Assembly: GCA_965247115.1 (NCBI GenBank)
Contig: CBDFGR010000002.1
Span: 1,504,001-1,568,000 of the forward strand
Direction of reading: 5' to 3'
DNA: 64,000 nt
Origin: Myxococcota bacterium
GTDB taxonomy: Bacteria > Myxococcota_A > UBA9160 > SZUA-336
The translations under genes and the position numbers were made by a program. Positions 1-9,422 of the stretch are shown here, in pieces. How positions within the stretch are numbered: the stretch's first letter is position 1; each line of letters starts with the position of its first letter. A model generated the notes under the pieces. It ran no database searches. It saw nothing but the letters and a program-made list of their open reading frames with translations, and was not told the origin of the DNA.

Positions 1-1
1 C

Positions 2-172
2 CTGCAGGCCGTCTACTGCCTGGACCTGGAGCTGGTCCTCGACATCGAAGCACTCGTCTCGGACTTCGATTCCGGAGCACCCGCGCCCGAACGACTTCGC
101 GGCGAGCTCGTAGGACTCAAACGCAGGCTCGAAGATCGCCGCGCCGCGATCCTCGGCCTGGTCGGGGAGTGA
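2..172 (+). CDS. 3' end of a hypothetical protein (partial, runs off window start)
   Basis: Open frame LQAVYCLDLELVLDIEALVSD...LEDRRAAILGLVGE* with GC-rich third positions, ending at TGA 170-172, 5 nt before the next ATG. Confidence 0.6.
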   Translation: MQAVYCLDLELVLDIEALVSDFDSGAPAPERLRGELVGLKRRLEDRRAAILGLVGE

Positions 173-177
173 GCGGC

Positions 178-1314
178 ATGTCGCAGTTCATCGAGGTCAT
201 CGAAAGCCTGGACACAACGGGCGACACCATCGTGTCGCGCTATCCCGCGGACGGTTCCGCCGAGATCAAGCTGGGGGCGCAGCTCGTCGTCCGTGAGAGC
301 CAGGCGGCGGTTTTCTTCCGAGACGGACGAGCTCTGGATACGCTCGGGCCGGGGCGCCACACGCTGTCGACGCTGAACGTGCCCATCCTGACCAAGGTGC
401 TGTCGCTGCCGACCGGGTTCACGAGCCCCTTCCGCGCGGAGGTCTACTTCCTGAACCTCAAGACCTTCACGAATCAGAAGTGGGGAACCACAGAGCCCAT
501 CCTGTTCCGCGACGAGGAGCTGTCGATGGTTCGGCTGCGCTCGTTCGGCATGTTCTCGTTCCGGATCACAAACGCCCAGGTGTTTCTCAACACGCTCTCC
601 GGGACCGTCGGACGCCTTTACACCGACTGCATCGCGTCGTTCTTCCGCAGCTTCATCATCACGCAGGTCGCGGACTTCCTCGGCGAGCACCTGCGGAGCG
701 TGCTCGACCTCGCGCAGTACTACAACGAGCTGAGCGCGGGCATCAAGGCGCACCTGATCTCGGACTTCGAGAAGTACGGCGTCACCGTCAGCGACTTCAA
801 GATCCTGTCGATCTCGCCGCCCGACCACGTCCAGGAGATGATCGACAAGCGGGCCGGCATCGCGGCTGTTGGCAGCTTGGACAACTTCCTGCGCTATCAG
901 GCCGGACACGCGCTGGGTATGGTCGGCGAGGCGGAGGGTGGAGAGGGCAGCTCCCTCTTGGGAGCCGGCGTCGGTCTCGGTGCCGGTGTGGGGATGGGCA
1001 CCGGCGTTGCCGGCATGGTCTCGCAGGCGCTGTCCGGTGCAACGACTGGAGCTGCCGCGACAGGCTCGGTCTGCGCACGCTGTGCCGGCCAGATTCCGCC
1101 GGGCGCCGGCTTCTGTCCTGGTTGCGGAGGCCCGGTTGCGACCGCAACGAGCTGTACCAGCTGCCAGGCAAACGTCCCCGATGCGGCGAACTTCTGCCCC
1201 CAGTGCGGGGCCCAGCAAGGCGGCGCGCCATGTCCGAATTGCGAGGAGCAGATCGCGCTGGAGGCTCGTTTCTGCCCGAGCTGCGGGCACGGGCTCGAGG
1301 ATCCCGGCGCCTAG
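178..1314 (+). CDS. SPFH (band 7) domain protein with C-terminal zinc ribbons (YdjI-like)
   Basis: QLVVRESQAAVFFRDG, GPGRHTLST, KWGT and LRSFG motifs; Gly-rich linker; repeated CxxC...FCPxCG ribbons; ATG 178 preferred over GTG 169. Confidence 0.85.
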   Translation: MSQFIEVIESLDTTGDTIVSRYPADGSAEIKLGAQLVVRESQAAVFFRDGRALDTLGPGRHTLSTLNVPILTKVLSLPTGFTSPFRAEVYFLNLKTFTNQKWGTTEPILFRDEELSMVRLRSFGMFSFRITNAQVFLNTLSGTVGRLYTDCIASFFRSFIITQVADFLGEHLRSVLDLAQYYNELSAGIKAHLISDFEKYGVTVSDFKILSISPPDHVQEMIDKRAGIAAVGSLDNFLRYQAGHALGMVGEAEGGEGSSLLGAGVGLGAGVGMGTGVAGMVSQALSGATTGAAATGSVCARCAGQIPPGAGFCPGCGGPVATATSCTSCQANVPDAANFCPQCGAQQGGAPCPNCEEQIALEARFCPSCGHGLEDPGA

Positions 1315-1353
1315 CAGCAATCCGGGGCGGACCCGCTTAGACTTGGCTCCGAG

Positions 1354-2718
1354 ATGGGTCAGGGCTTACTTACCGATCTGTACCAGATCACGATGGCCAA
1401 CGCCTACTGGAACAGTGGCTTGGCCGAGCGCGAGGCGGTCTTCCAGCTCTACTTCCGCCGGAACCCGTTCGGCGGGGGCTATGCAGTGGCTGCGGGGCTG
1501 GCCGCGGCGATTGACTCACTGGAGTCCCTGTCTTTCGACGACGAGGATCTGGCCTACCTCGCGAAGCTCCAGGGAAACGACGGCCGCCCGCTCCTGGACC
1601 GAGGGTTCCTGGCGGGGCTCCGAAGCCTGCGCTTCGACTCCGACCTCGACGCGGTGCCTGAGGGGACCGTGGTGTTCGAGGGGGAGCCGTTGCTGCGCGT
1701 CCGCGGCGCCATCGTCCAGTGCCAGCTGGTCGAGACGGCTCTCCTGAACCTGCTGAACTTCCAGACCCTGGTGGCAACGAAGGCGGCCCGAGTCTGCCTC
1801 GCAGCGGCCGGAGATCCGGTGCTCGAGTTCGGGCTCCGGCGCGCGCAGGGACCGGATGGCGGGGTGTCGGCCAGTCGCGCCGCCTATCTCGGCGGCTGCG
1901 CCGCGACCTCGAACGTGCTGGCTGGCAAGCGCTTCGGCATCCCGGTCCGCGGCACGCACGCTCACAGCTGGGTCATGGCCTTCGACAGCGAGCAGGGGGC
2001 CTTCGAGGCGTGGGCCGAGGCTATGCCGAACAACTGCGTCTTCCTGGTGGACACCTACGACACGCTGGCGGGGGTGCGTCTGGCCGTGAAGGTGGGAACC
2101 CGTCTGCGCGAGCGCGGCCACGAGCTTGCCGGCGTCCGGCTCGATTCGGGGGATCTTGCCGATCTGAGTGTGGCGGCGCGCCAGCTGCTCGACGCGAGTG
2201 GCTTCCCGAAAGCGGAGATCGTGGCCAGCAACGATCTCGACGAGCACGCGATCGAAGCGCTCAAGCGACGAGGCGCTGCCGTCAGCGTCTGGGGAGTCGG
2301 GACTCGGCTCGCCACCGCGCACGACGATCCGGCCCTTGGCGGGGTGTTCAAGCTGGCGGCAATGCGAGATGCGGAGGGCCGCTGGACCTATCCCGTGAAA
2401 CACTCGGAGGACCCGGAGAAGTCGACGCTGCCTGGCATCCACCAGACGCGCCGCTTTCTGCACGGCCGCAAGTTCCTGCGAGACCTGATTTTCGACGCGG
2501 AGCTCGGCGCGGACCAGACCGACGAGCCACACGAGGATCTCCTCAGACCAGTTCTGCGGTCCGGACGCCGGGTCGAAGAGCCCCCTACCCTGGACGAGTC
2601 GCGCGCGCACGCGCTCGATCAGCTCGCGCGGCTTCCCGCCGGGACGAAGCGGCTCGTGAACCCCGACCCCTATCCGGTGGAGGTCGACACCCGCCTCGCA
2701 GCCCGCACGCGCACGTGA
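1354..2718 (+). CDS. pncB: nicotinate phosphoribosyltransferase
   Basis: [49 protein letters not shown] motifs. Confidence 0.95.
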   Translation: MGQGLLTDLYQITMANAYWNSGLAEREAVFQLYFRRNPFGGGYAVAAGLAAAIDSLESLSFDDEDLAYLAKLQGNDGRPLLDRGFLAGLRSLRFDSDLDAVPEGTVVFEGEPLLRVRGAIVQCQLVETALLNLLNFQTLVATKAARVCLAAAGDPVLEFGLRRAQGPDGGVSASRAAYLGGCAATSNVLAGKRFGIPVRGTHAHSWVMAFDSEQGAFEAWAEAMPNNCVFLVDTYDTLAGVRLAVKVGTRLRERGHELAGVRLDSGDLADLSVAARQLLDASGFPKAEIVASNDLDEHAIEALKRRGAAVSVWGVGTRLATAHDDPALGGVFKLAAMRDAEGRWTYPVKHSEDPEKSTLPGIHQTRRFLHGRKFLRDLIFDAELGADQTDEPHEDLLRPVLRSGRRVEEPPTLDESRAHALDQLARLPAGTKRLVNPDPYPVEVDTRLAARTRT

Positions 2719-2843
2719 GAGCACTCATCCTCGTCGACCTGCAGAACGACTTCCTGCCCGGAGGCTCGCTCGCGGTGCCCGATGGAAACGGCGTGATCGA
2801 CGTCGCCAACGCGGTCCAACCCCGCTTCCCCCTGGTCGTCTGA
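2715..2843 (+). pseudogene. pncA: truncated nicotinamidase/pyrazinamidase (first 42 aa only)
   Basis: GTG overlaps pncB stop (GTGA); [24 protein letters not shown] is the PncA N-terminus; stops before the TQDWH metal motif, which is not seen downstream. Confidence 0.8.
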
Positions 2844-2907
2844 GTCCGCCGAGGGACGTTCCCGACCTCCGAGGTCTGGCTGCTTGGGCTTGCGACCGCG
2901 GCGCAAC

Positions 2908-3702
2908 TTACGGAGAGATCAGCTTCGAGAGCGTGTGGAGCGCCCGCTCCATGCGCGGGCCGTACCAGCTCAGGAGCTCGCCCTCGATCACATGGATCCT
3001 ACCGCTACGAGCTGCGGCGCAATCGAGCTGCAAGAGCTCGTTCCGATCGGACTCACCGAAGCAGTACGGCTCCGTGGGCAGAAGGATCACCTCCGGTGCG
3101 GACTCCTCCAGTCGGCGCTCGTCGATGCGCGGATAGCGCTTCTGGCCAGCAAAGCAGTTGACGCCACCGCAGACCCGCATGAGATCGTGCGCGAAGGTGT
3201 CCTCACCGACCGCCATGTATGGGTGCTTCCAGATGAGCGCCGCCACCCGGTCTCCTTCCTCGCGCGGGGAGGTCTTTGCCCGCGCGAGTTCGACACGCAG
3301 GGCGATCTGCTCCGCTACGGGTGAGGTTCCCGTCAATAGGCCAAGTGTGCGGATGTCTTCGATGGCCTCGGCGAGCGTGCGCGCGTACGTGACGAACACC
3401 CGTACACCCGCGGCTTCCAGGCGCTCAACGTCGCGCCGCCGGTTCTCCTCCTTGTTCGCGATGACCAGATCGGGCTCCAGGCCCAGGATCGTGTCGAGCG
3501 AGGGATTCTTCGTCCCTCCGACGTGGGTCTTAGAGTGCACGCCCTCCGTCGGGTGAACACAGAACTCGGTAACTCCAACGATCTCGATGTCCAGACCGAG
3601 AGCGAAGAGCGTCTCGGTGATCGACGGGACGAGCGACACGACTCGCTGCGGAGGGCGCTCAAAGTCGTGGCTCCTGCCGAGCGCGTCCAGGATTCGCGGC
3701 AT
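2908..3702 (-). CDS. helical-backbone metal receptor / cobalamin-binding (BtuF-like) protein
   Basis: RVVSLVPSITETLFALG, VGVTEFCVHP, VGGTKNP, PDLVIANKEEN, LSWYGPR. Confidence 0.85.
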   Translation of the reverse strand: MPRILDALGRSHDFERPPQRVVSLVPSITETLFALGLDIEIVGVTEFCVHPTEGVHSKTHVGGTKNPSLDTILGLEPDLVIANKEENRRRDVERLEAAGVRVFVTYARTLAEAIEDIRTLGLLTGTSPVAEQIALRVELARAKTSPREEGDRVAALIWKHPYMAVGEDTFAHDLMRVCGGVNCFAGQKRYPRIDERRLEESAPEVILLPTEPYCFGESDRNELLQLDCAAARSGRIHVIEGELLSWYGPRMERALHTLSKLISP

Positions 3703-3703
3703 C

Positions 3704-4801
3704 TCAGCTCGGCGCGGCCCACGGATCGGGATCGAGGTCGAGGAAGCTCAGGGTCTCGGCCCCGAGCGCCGCGAGCGCCGCGTACAGGCGCTCGAGTCCC
3801 GGACGCTCCGTCGGGGCGTGTCCGGCATCGAGGAGACACATGCCTCGATCTTGGGCCGCTCGCGCAGCGTGGTGGCCCAGATCGCCCGTCACGACGGCGT
3901 CCGCGCCCGCCGCCGCGGCCAGGCTCAGCAGCTCAGAGCCCGAGCCGGGGATCACCGCGACCCGGTCGAGCACCCGGTCGGGGTCGCCGGCACGACGCAG
4001 CGTCTTCGTGTGTAGCTCCTCGGCCGCGCGCTGCGCCAGCCCCTGGAGCGTGGTCCCCGCGGCGGGTGTCCCGACTCGCCCGACCATTCCTGCGTTGCCA
4101 TGGCGCTCGTAGACGTCGTAGGTAGGCTCCTCGTAGGGATGTGCAGCCACGAGCGCTCCCAGTGCCAGAGCTTCCTTGGATCGCGGCACCACGAACTCGA
4201 GCCGTACCTCGGGTTCCTCGTTCAGCCGTCCCTGCTTGCCCGTGCGGGGCTGGGTAGCAGCTCCGGCGAAGAAGGTCCCCACGCCCTCGGAACGGTAGGA
4301 GCAGCTCGAGTAGTTCCCGATCCGCCCCGCGCCCGCGGCGGAGACCGCCTGGAGCACCGACGGCGCGGCCTCCACGGGCAGAAAGGTGACGATCTTCAGG
4401 ACATCTTGGCCGTACAGGGGGGCGAAGCCGGAGAGCTCGTCCAGGCCGAGTACCTCCGCCAGTGCGTCGGAGGTTCCTCCCTCGGCGACGTCGAAGTTCG
4501 TGTGGACCACGGCCAGCGCCGTGCCAAGGCGCGCCAGCCGCAACGTCCTGCCTTCCGGCGTCGCTCCACTGAGCAGAGTGTTCGTGGACCGGAACAGCAA
4601 CGGGTGGTAGCTGACGAGCAGGTCCACGGGACCTTGCTCCAGACGCGCGACGACCTCCTCGGTCACCTCGTGACACACTGCAACTCGTTCCACACGTGCA
4701 GAGGCATCTCCAAGCTGGAGGCCGACCGGATCCCAGGCCGCCGCCTTCTCAAACGGCGCACGCTGACCGAGCGAGGCGAGAAAGTCGGCTACCGTCCGCA
4801 C
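3704..4801 (-). CDS. Nif3-like dinuclear metal-centre hexameric protein (YqfO type with PII-like insert)
   Basis: WDPVGLQLG, YHPLLF, HTNFD, GAGRIGNYSSCSY, HPYEEP, DAGHAPTE. Confidence 0.9.
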   Translation of the reverse strand: MRTVADFLASLGQRAPFEKAAAWDPVGLQLGDASARVERVAVCHEVTEEVVARLEQGPVDLLVSYHPLLFRSTNTLLSGATPEGRTLRLARLGTALAVVHTNFDVAEGGTSDALAEVLGLDELSGFAPLYGQDVLKIVTFLPVEAAPSVLQAVSAAGAGRIGNYSSCSYRSEGVGTFFAGAATQPRTGKQGRLNEEPEVRLEFVVPRSKEALALGALVAAHPYEEPTYDVYERHGNAGMVGRVGTPAAGTTLQGLAQRAAEELHTKTLRRAGDPDRVLDRVAVIPGSGSELLSLAAAAGADAVVTGDLGHHAARAAQDRGMCLLDAGHAPTERPGLERLYAALAALGAETLSFLDLDPDPWAAPS

Positions 4802-4854
4802 ACGTCGGATGGTAGCGCCTTTGCCGGCGCTGCCGACTGAGGTACGATCCCGTG

Positions 4855-5073
4855 ATGCACATCTCGATTACGTACTGCGGGGCCTGAAACTACCTCCCGC
4901 AGGCCACCAGTCTGGCGGCCACGATCAAGGCAGAAGTCGGCGTCGAGACCGAGTTGATTCGCGGCGGCAGCGGCGTCTTCGACGTAGAGGTCGACGGCCG
5001 CACGATCTACTCCAAATCCGAGACCGGCCGCTTCCCCGAGCCGGACGAGATCCTCCCGGAGCTCAAGGGGTAG
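4855..5073 (+). CDS. SelW/Rdx family selenoprotein, 72 aa, Sec at UGA 4885-4887
   Basis: MHISITYCGA-U-NYLPQATSLAATIKAEVGVETELIRGGSGVFDVEVDGRTIYSKSETGRFPEPDEILPELKG*: CxxU plus GxFxV and SK..GRFP Rdx signatures; absent from ORF track. Confidence 0.85.
4902..4920 (+). promoter_or_regulatory. candidate bacterial SECIS hairpin
   Basis: GGCCACCA-GTC-TGGCGGCC stem-loop with G in the apical loop ~22 nt after the in-frame UGA. Confidence 0.6.
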
Positions 5074-5078
5074 TGGGC

Positions 5079-5168
5079 CTTTTGGGACCCGGCCGCGGGC
5101 GTCCGCGGCCACCCACCTCCGCTCAGGCCAGGGGCCTTCGCTGCGCGCGCCGCTCTCGCAGCGCTTGC
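5079..5168 (+). repeat. ~90-bp REP-like element, copy 1
   Basis: CTTTTGGGACCCGGCCGCGG..CCGCGGCCACCCACCTCCGCTCAGGCC..GGCCTTCGCTGCGCGCGCCGC..GCGCTTGC. Confidence 0.9.
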
Positions 5169-5238
5169 GCGGGTGCTTGGTCGAGGACGGGGTCGGGAGA
5201 TGTCGACAGGGATGGAGGCGCGGCCTAGGCTCCGTCGC

Positions 5239-5601
5239 ATGAGGCGTCGGCTTCTGGTTGTCACAACGGCCGCGATCCTCGGCGTGGGTTGTCTGGGGCC
5301 AACGCCGAATCCGGAAACTTGCAGGATCGAGATCGTCGGCGTCGAGAGCGCCGTCAACAACAACAGAGGCTTCGACATCTCGTACCGCGTGAAGGGGTAC
5401 GCGGGAACACCAGGGGTCGTCTCACTCGTCGCGCAACGACACGACGGCGGCTACCTGTCGGGAAAGGGCGTCGACGTCGGCCCCGGAGCTTTCGTCGCAA
5501 TCATCGAGCAAAAGCTCACCGGTCCCGCAACAGGCTACGTCGCCCTGCTCGAAGTCGCCGACAGCCGCTCCCGCGCCAACGCCAAACCACCAGAGGCCTA
5601 G
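5239..5601 (+). CDS. hypothetical lipoprotein
   Basis: Basic N-terminus, hydrophobic stretch and LGVGC lipobox-like site; start uncertain (5212 possible). Confidence 0.6.
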   Translation: MRRRLLVVTTAAILGVGCLGPTPNPETCRIEIVGVESAVNNNRGFDISYRVKGYAGTPGVVSLVAQRHDGGYLSGKGVDVGPGAFVAIIEQKLTGPATGYVALLEVADSRSRANAKPPEA

Positions 5602-5621
5602 CAGTCGACCTCGGCACCGCA

Positions 5622-5711
5622 GCAAGCGCCGCGAACGCGGCGCGCGCAGCGAAGGCCCTCGGCCTGAGCGGAGGTGGGTGGCCGCGGACGCCCGCGGCCG
5701 GGTCCCACAAG
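5622..5711 (-). repeat. ~90-bp REP-like element, copy 2
   Basis: Reverse complement of the consensus; abuts korB stop codon. Confidence 0.9.
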
Positions 5712-6737
5712 TTACGAGACGGTCCAGCGGTCGCCGGCGAAGAGGAGGTCGGCGAGGCCTGCGTCGCCATGCGCGAGCTCGGCCTGGGACTGCTCCTGCG
5801 TTTCACCGTCGAAGGTTGGCTCCTCCACGGCCCGCAGCACGCCGATCGGCGTGGGGAAGTCGGGCGCCTCGCAGCGGGCCAGCAACATGGACAACGTCGG
5901 GTCCCGATTCGTCTCGTCGTGCAGGACCTCCACGCCGTCGTCCTTGGCACCGACGTGACCAGCGTAGAGGCGCAGGTAGGTCGGGTTTAGCTTGAGCATA
6001 CGATCGTGATCGTTGCCGTAGATGAGCGGCTGACCGTTCTCGAGCACGAGCAGGTGGTCGGACTTGATCTTGCGGTCCTTGACCTCATCGAACACACCGT
6101 CGTTATAGACCGGGCAGTTCTGGTAGATCTCGAGGAAGGCAGAGCCTTTGTGCTCGGCCATCCGGCGAATCATTTCCTGCAGGTGACGGGTCTCCGTGTC
6201 TACCGTCCGCGCGACGAAGGTCGCCTCGGCTCCCAGCGCCAGCGAGAGGGTGCGAAATGGCCGGGCCACCGATCCGTTTGGCGACGACTTCGTCTTCATG
6301 CCGATCTCGGAGGTGGGCGAGAACTGACCCTTGGTCAGCCCGTAGACCTTGTTGTTGAACAGCAGGATCTTCAGATCCACGTTGCGACGCAGCATGTGGA
6401 TCAGGTGGTTTCCACCGATAGACAGCCCATCACCGTCGCCGGTCACCACCCACACGGACAGGTCGGGTCGTGCGATCTTCAGTCCGGTCGCGATGGCCGG
6501 CGCGCGCCCGTGAATCGTGTGAAAACCGAACGTGTCCATGTAGTACGGAAAGCGCGAGCTGCAGCCGATCCCGGACACGAAGACGATGTTCTCGCGCGGG
6601 ACGCCCAGCTCGGGCATGACCTTCTGCATCTGGGCGAGGATGGCGTAGTCGCCACAGCCCGGGCACCAGCGCACCGCCTCGTCCGGAATGAAGTCCTTCT
6701 TGGTCAGCTTCGGGGCATCTGCGGTCTGAATGCTCAT
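5712..6737 (-). CDS. korB: 2-oxoacid:ferredoxin oxidoreductase beta subunit
   Basis: WCPGCGD, SGIGCSSR, HGRA, GDGD TPP motif, YGLTKGQFSPT; substrate specificity not determinable. Confidence 0.92.
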   Translation of the reverse strand: MSIQTADAPKLTKKDFIPDEAVRWCPGCGDYAILAQMQKVMPELGVPRENIVFVSGIGCSSRFPYYMDTFGFHTIHGRAPAIATGLKIARPDLSVWVVTGDGDGLSIGGNHLIHMLRRNVDLKILLFNNKVYGLTKGQFSPTSEIGMKTKSSPNGSVARPFRTLSLALGAEATFVARTVDTETRHLQEMIRRMAEHKGSAFLEIYQNCPVYNDGVFDEVKDRKIKSDHLLVLENGQPLIYGNDHDRMLKLNPTYLRLYAGHVGAKDDGVEVLHDETNRDPTLSMLLARCEAPDFPTPIGVLRAVEEPTFDGETQEQSQAELAHGDAGLADLLFAGDRWTVS

Positions 6738-8617
6738 AGCCTCGCCTCGTGTAGGGCCCGTGTGGGAAGCAGCGGGCGAACAGCGTCGATGATCTCCTGA
6801 ACCTTGAAGGGTTGGCCCTGCACCTTGTTCAGGCCCTTTGCGTCGACCAGGAAGCGGTGCCGCAGGATCGAAAGCAGCTGGCCCATGTTGAGCTCCGCCA
6901 CGATCACGTTGCGGTAGCGGGACAGGAGCTCGCCCACGTTCGACTGCATGGGGTTCAGGTAGCGCAGGTGGAGATGCCCGACGTCCGCGCCCTCGCTGCG
7001 CAGCGCCGCGGCCGCCTGGTGCAGCGAGCCGAAGGTGCCACCCCAGCCGACCAGGAGTACGTCACCGTGCTCCGGACCGTCGATCTCCGCCAGCGGAATC
7101 CGGTGCGCGATGCGCTCGAGCTTGGCGTGTCGGACGCGGTTCATGTGCTCGTGGTTCAGCGGGTCGTACGAGACGTTTCCCGTCACGTCCTCTTTCTCCA
7201 GCCCTCCGATCCGGTGCTCGAGGCCCGGGGTGCCCGGCACCGCCCACGGGCGAACGAAATCGTCGTTGCGCAGGAACGGGTGGAATCCCTCGGGATCCAC
7301 GCAGTTCTCGGAGCGGATCGGCTCGAGCTGCTCGGGGTCAGGCAAGAGCCAGGGCTCCGAGCCGTTCGCGAGCGACGCGTCGGACAGGTAGACGACCGGC
7401 GTCATGAACTCGATGGCAAAGCGGACCGCCTGGATCATGACGTCGAAACAGTCGGCAGGCGTCGCGGGAGCCACCACGGCCACAGGGCAGTCGCTGTTCC
7501 GACCGACCAGCGCCTGCATCAGATCGCCCTGCTCGGGCTTGGTCGGCATCCCGGTCGAGGGTCCGGCCCGCTGCACGTCGACGATCAGGAGCGGGAGCTC
7601 CGTCACGACCGCGAGCGCGATCCCCTCCTGCTTGAGCGTGAACCCGGGCCCGGAGGTTCCAGTCGCCCCCAGGACACCTCCAAACGAGGCGCCGATCGCT
7701 GCCGTCACGGCCGCGATCTCGTCCTCGGCCTGGAACGCGGTCACTCCGTAGCGGCCGTATCCCGAGAGGTGGTGCAGGATGTCGGAGGCGGGGGTGATCG
7801 GATAGCTCGCGTAGAAGATCTTGCGGCCCGCGAGCTGTCCCGCGGCCACGATGCCGAGCGCGGCGGCCTCGTTCCCCGTCACGTGGCGGTAGGGTCCCGG
7901 CTCGAGCTTGGCCGGCGGGACCCGATAGGTCGCGTCCACGAGCTCCGCCGTCTCACCAAAGTGGAAGCCCGTCAGGAAGACCTTGGCGTTCGACTCGGCG
8001 ATCTCCGGTCGACGAGCGAACTTGGCTCGAATGGCCTCGACCTCGGGCTCGGGATCGCGGTTGTAGAGCCAGAACACGACGCCCAACGCAAACATATTTC
8101 GCGTCCGCTGCGTGTCCTTGGTCGATAGCCCACTGCCCTTGAGGGCTGCCGTCACGTGCTTGGAGAAGTCGATCTCGATCACGCGGTAGTCGGCGAGGCT
8201 CCCGTCCTCGAGCGGGCTTTTCTCGTAGCCTGCCAGCTCGAGGTTGCGCTTCTTGAACGACGAGTTGTCGACCAGAAGCATACCGCCGGGAATCAGGTCT
8301 GCGATGTTCGTCCTGAGCGCCGCGGGATTCATGGCCACGAGCACGTCGGGGGCGTCGCCAGCAGTAAATATTTCGTTGCTGGAGAACTGCAGCTGGAAGC
8401 CGGAGACGCCAGCGAGACTCCCCGCGGGCGCGCGGATCTCCGCGGGGAAGTCCGGGAACGTGGCGATGTCATTGCCGAACAACGCCGCCGAGCGCGTGAA
8501 CTCCGTCCCCGTGAGCTGCATCCCGTCACCCGAGTCGCCCACGAAGCGGACTACTACGGAGTCGAGCTCCTGGATGCGCGGATCGCCGACTTCGTCCGGG
8601 CCGTTCGGTTTTGTCAT
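6734..8617 (-). CDS. korA: 2-oxoacid:acceptor oxidoreductase alpha subunit
   Basis: GDSGDGMQLTG, PAEIRAP, YPITPAS, QAEDEIAA, TSGPG, QRAGPSTG. Confidence 0.92.
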   Translation of the reverse strand: MTKPNGPDEVGDPRIQELDSVVVRFVGDSGDGMQLTGTEFTRSAALFGNDIATFPDFPAEIRAPAGSLAGVSGFQLQFSSNEIFTAGDAPDVLVAMNPAALRTNIADLIPGGMLLVDNSSFKKRNLELAGYEKSPLEDGSLADYRVIEIDFSKHVTAALKGSGLSTKDTQRTRNMFALGVVFWLYNRDPEPEVEAIRAKFARRPEIAESNAKVFLTGFHFGETAELVDATYRVPPAKLEPGPYRHVTGNEAAALGIVAAGQLAGRKIFYASYPITPASDILHHLSGYGRYGVTAFQAEDEIAAVTAAIGASFGGVLGATGTSGPGFTLKQEGIALAVVTELPLLIVDVQRAGPSTGMPTKPEQGDLMQALVGRNSDCPVAVVAPATPADCFDVMIQAVRFAIEFMTPVVYLSDASLANGSEPWLLPDPEQLEPIRSENCVDPEGFHPFLRNDDFVRPWAVPGTPGLEHRIGGLEKEDVTGNVSYDPLNHEHMNRVRHAKLERIAHRIPLAEIDGPEHGDVLLVGWGGTFGSLHQAAAALRSEGADVGHLHLRYLNPMQSNVGELLSRYRNVIVAELNMGQLLSILRHRFLVDAKGLNKVQGQPFKVQEIIDAVRPLLPTRALHEARL

Positions 8618-8625
8618 CGCCTTTC

Positions 8626-9132
8626 TCAGCCGCCGTACTTCTTCGGGATCTTGGCGGGATCAGGGGGAACGTTTAGAACTGCGTCCGGAAACATCGACAC
8701 GATGAACTGCACAATGTCTCGCATGGCGACGATGCCCACCGGCCGACGTTGCCCATCCACCAGCGGGATGTGTCGGAAGCCGCCCTCCGCCATCTCGTTC
8801 AACGCGAGTGCGAGCCTGTGTTCGGGTCGGAGCACATCGGGGTCAGCCGTCATGACCTCACCTACGGAGATCGTGGACGTGTTGATTTCCTCCTGCACGA
8901 TCCGGAGCAGATCGCGCTCGGTGAAGATACCCGCCAGCTTCCCGTCCTCAACTACCAGAACACAACCGGTGTGGTGCTCGTTCATGAGCCCGATCGCCTC
9001 TCGAACCGATAGCTCGCCCGAGACCTCGATCGGCTTCCTCGGGTCCAGTACCGAAATCGGCTCGTTCATGATCGCTCCCCGGAGCGAAGTGGAATCCTCG
9101 TCGTATGCTTCGGAAAACTCGCTCTCCACCAT
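8626..9132 (-). CDS. CBS domain pair protein
   Basis: GIFTERDLL, VGEVMTADP, GGFRHIPLV; ATG 9132 preceded by GGAGG; the ORF-track extension only runs through a repeat. Confidence 0.85.
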   Translation of the reverse strand: MVESEFSEAYDEDSTSLRGAIMNEPISVLDPRKPIEVSGELSVREAIGLMNEHHTGCVLVVEDGKLAGIFTERDLLRIVQEEINTSTISVGEVMTADPDVLRPEHRLALALNEMAEGGFRHIPLVDGQRRPVGIVAMRDIVQFIVSMFPDAVLNVPPDPAKIPKKYGG

Positions 9133-9321
9133 GAAGGCCTCCCCGAGCCCCTCCGGGCAGTGCGAAAGAATCCGGCCAGTGGCTCCTGGCGTCGACCTGG
9201 AGCGTGTCCGCACCCGCTGGGAGGGGTCGTTTGCGCCTCCGCAGTCTACCCCATCCGCCAGAGCGCAACCCGAGATCGACCTAGACGCCGCGCCCGCTGG
9301 GTTGAGTACAGGGGCACTACT

Positions 9322-9411
9322 GCAAGCGCCGCGAAGACGGCGCGCGCAGCGAAGGCCGTAGGCCTGAGCGGAGGTGGGTGGCCGCGGCCGCCCGCGGCCG
9401 GGTCCCACAAG
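9322..9411 (-). repeat. ~90-bp REP-like element, copy 3
   Basis: Near-identical to copy 2; starts 11 nt after the adh stop codon. Confidence 0.9.
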
Positions 9412-9422
9412 ACCCGATCCCA

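Noticed and set aside
2841..2843. Selenocysteine read-through of the pncA TGA
   Set aside because: Position does not correspond to a Cys and the downstream frame shows no PncA motifs
4789..5228. ORFs 4789-5112 (-) and 4809-5228 (+)
   Set aside because: Alternative frames over the selenoprotein gene and repeat copy 1
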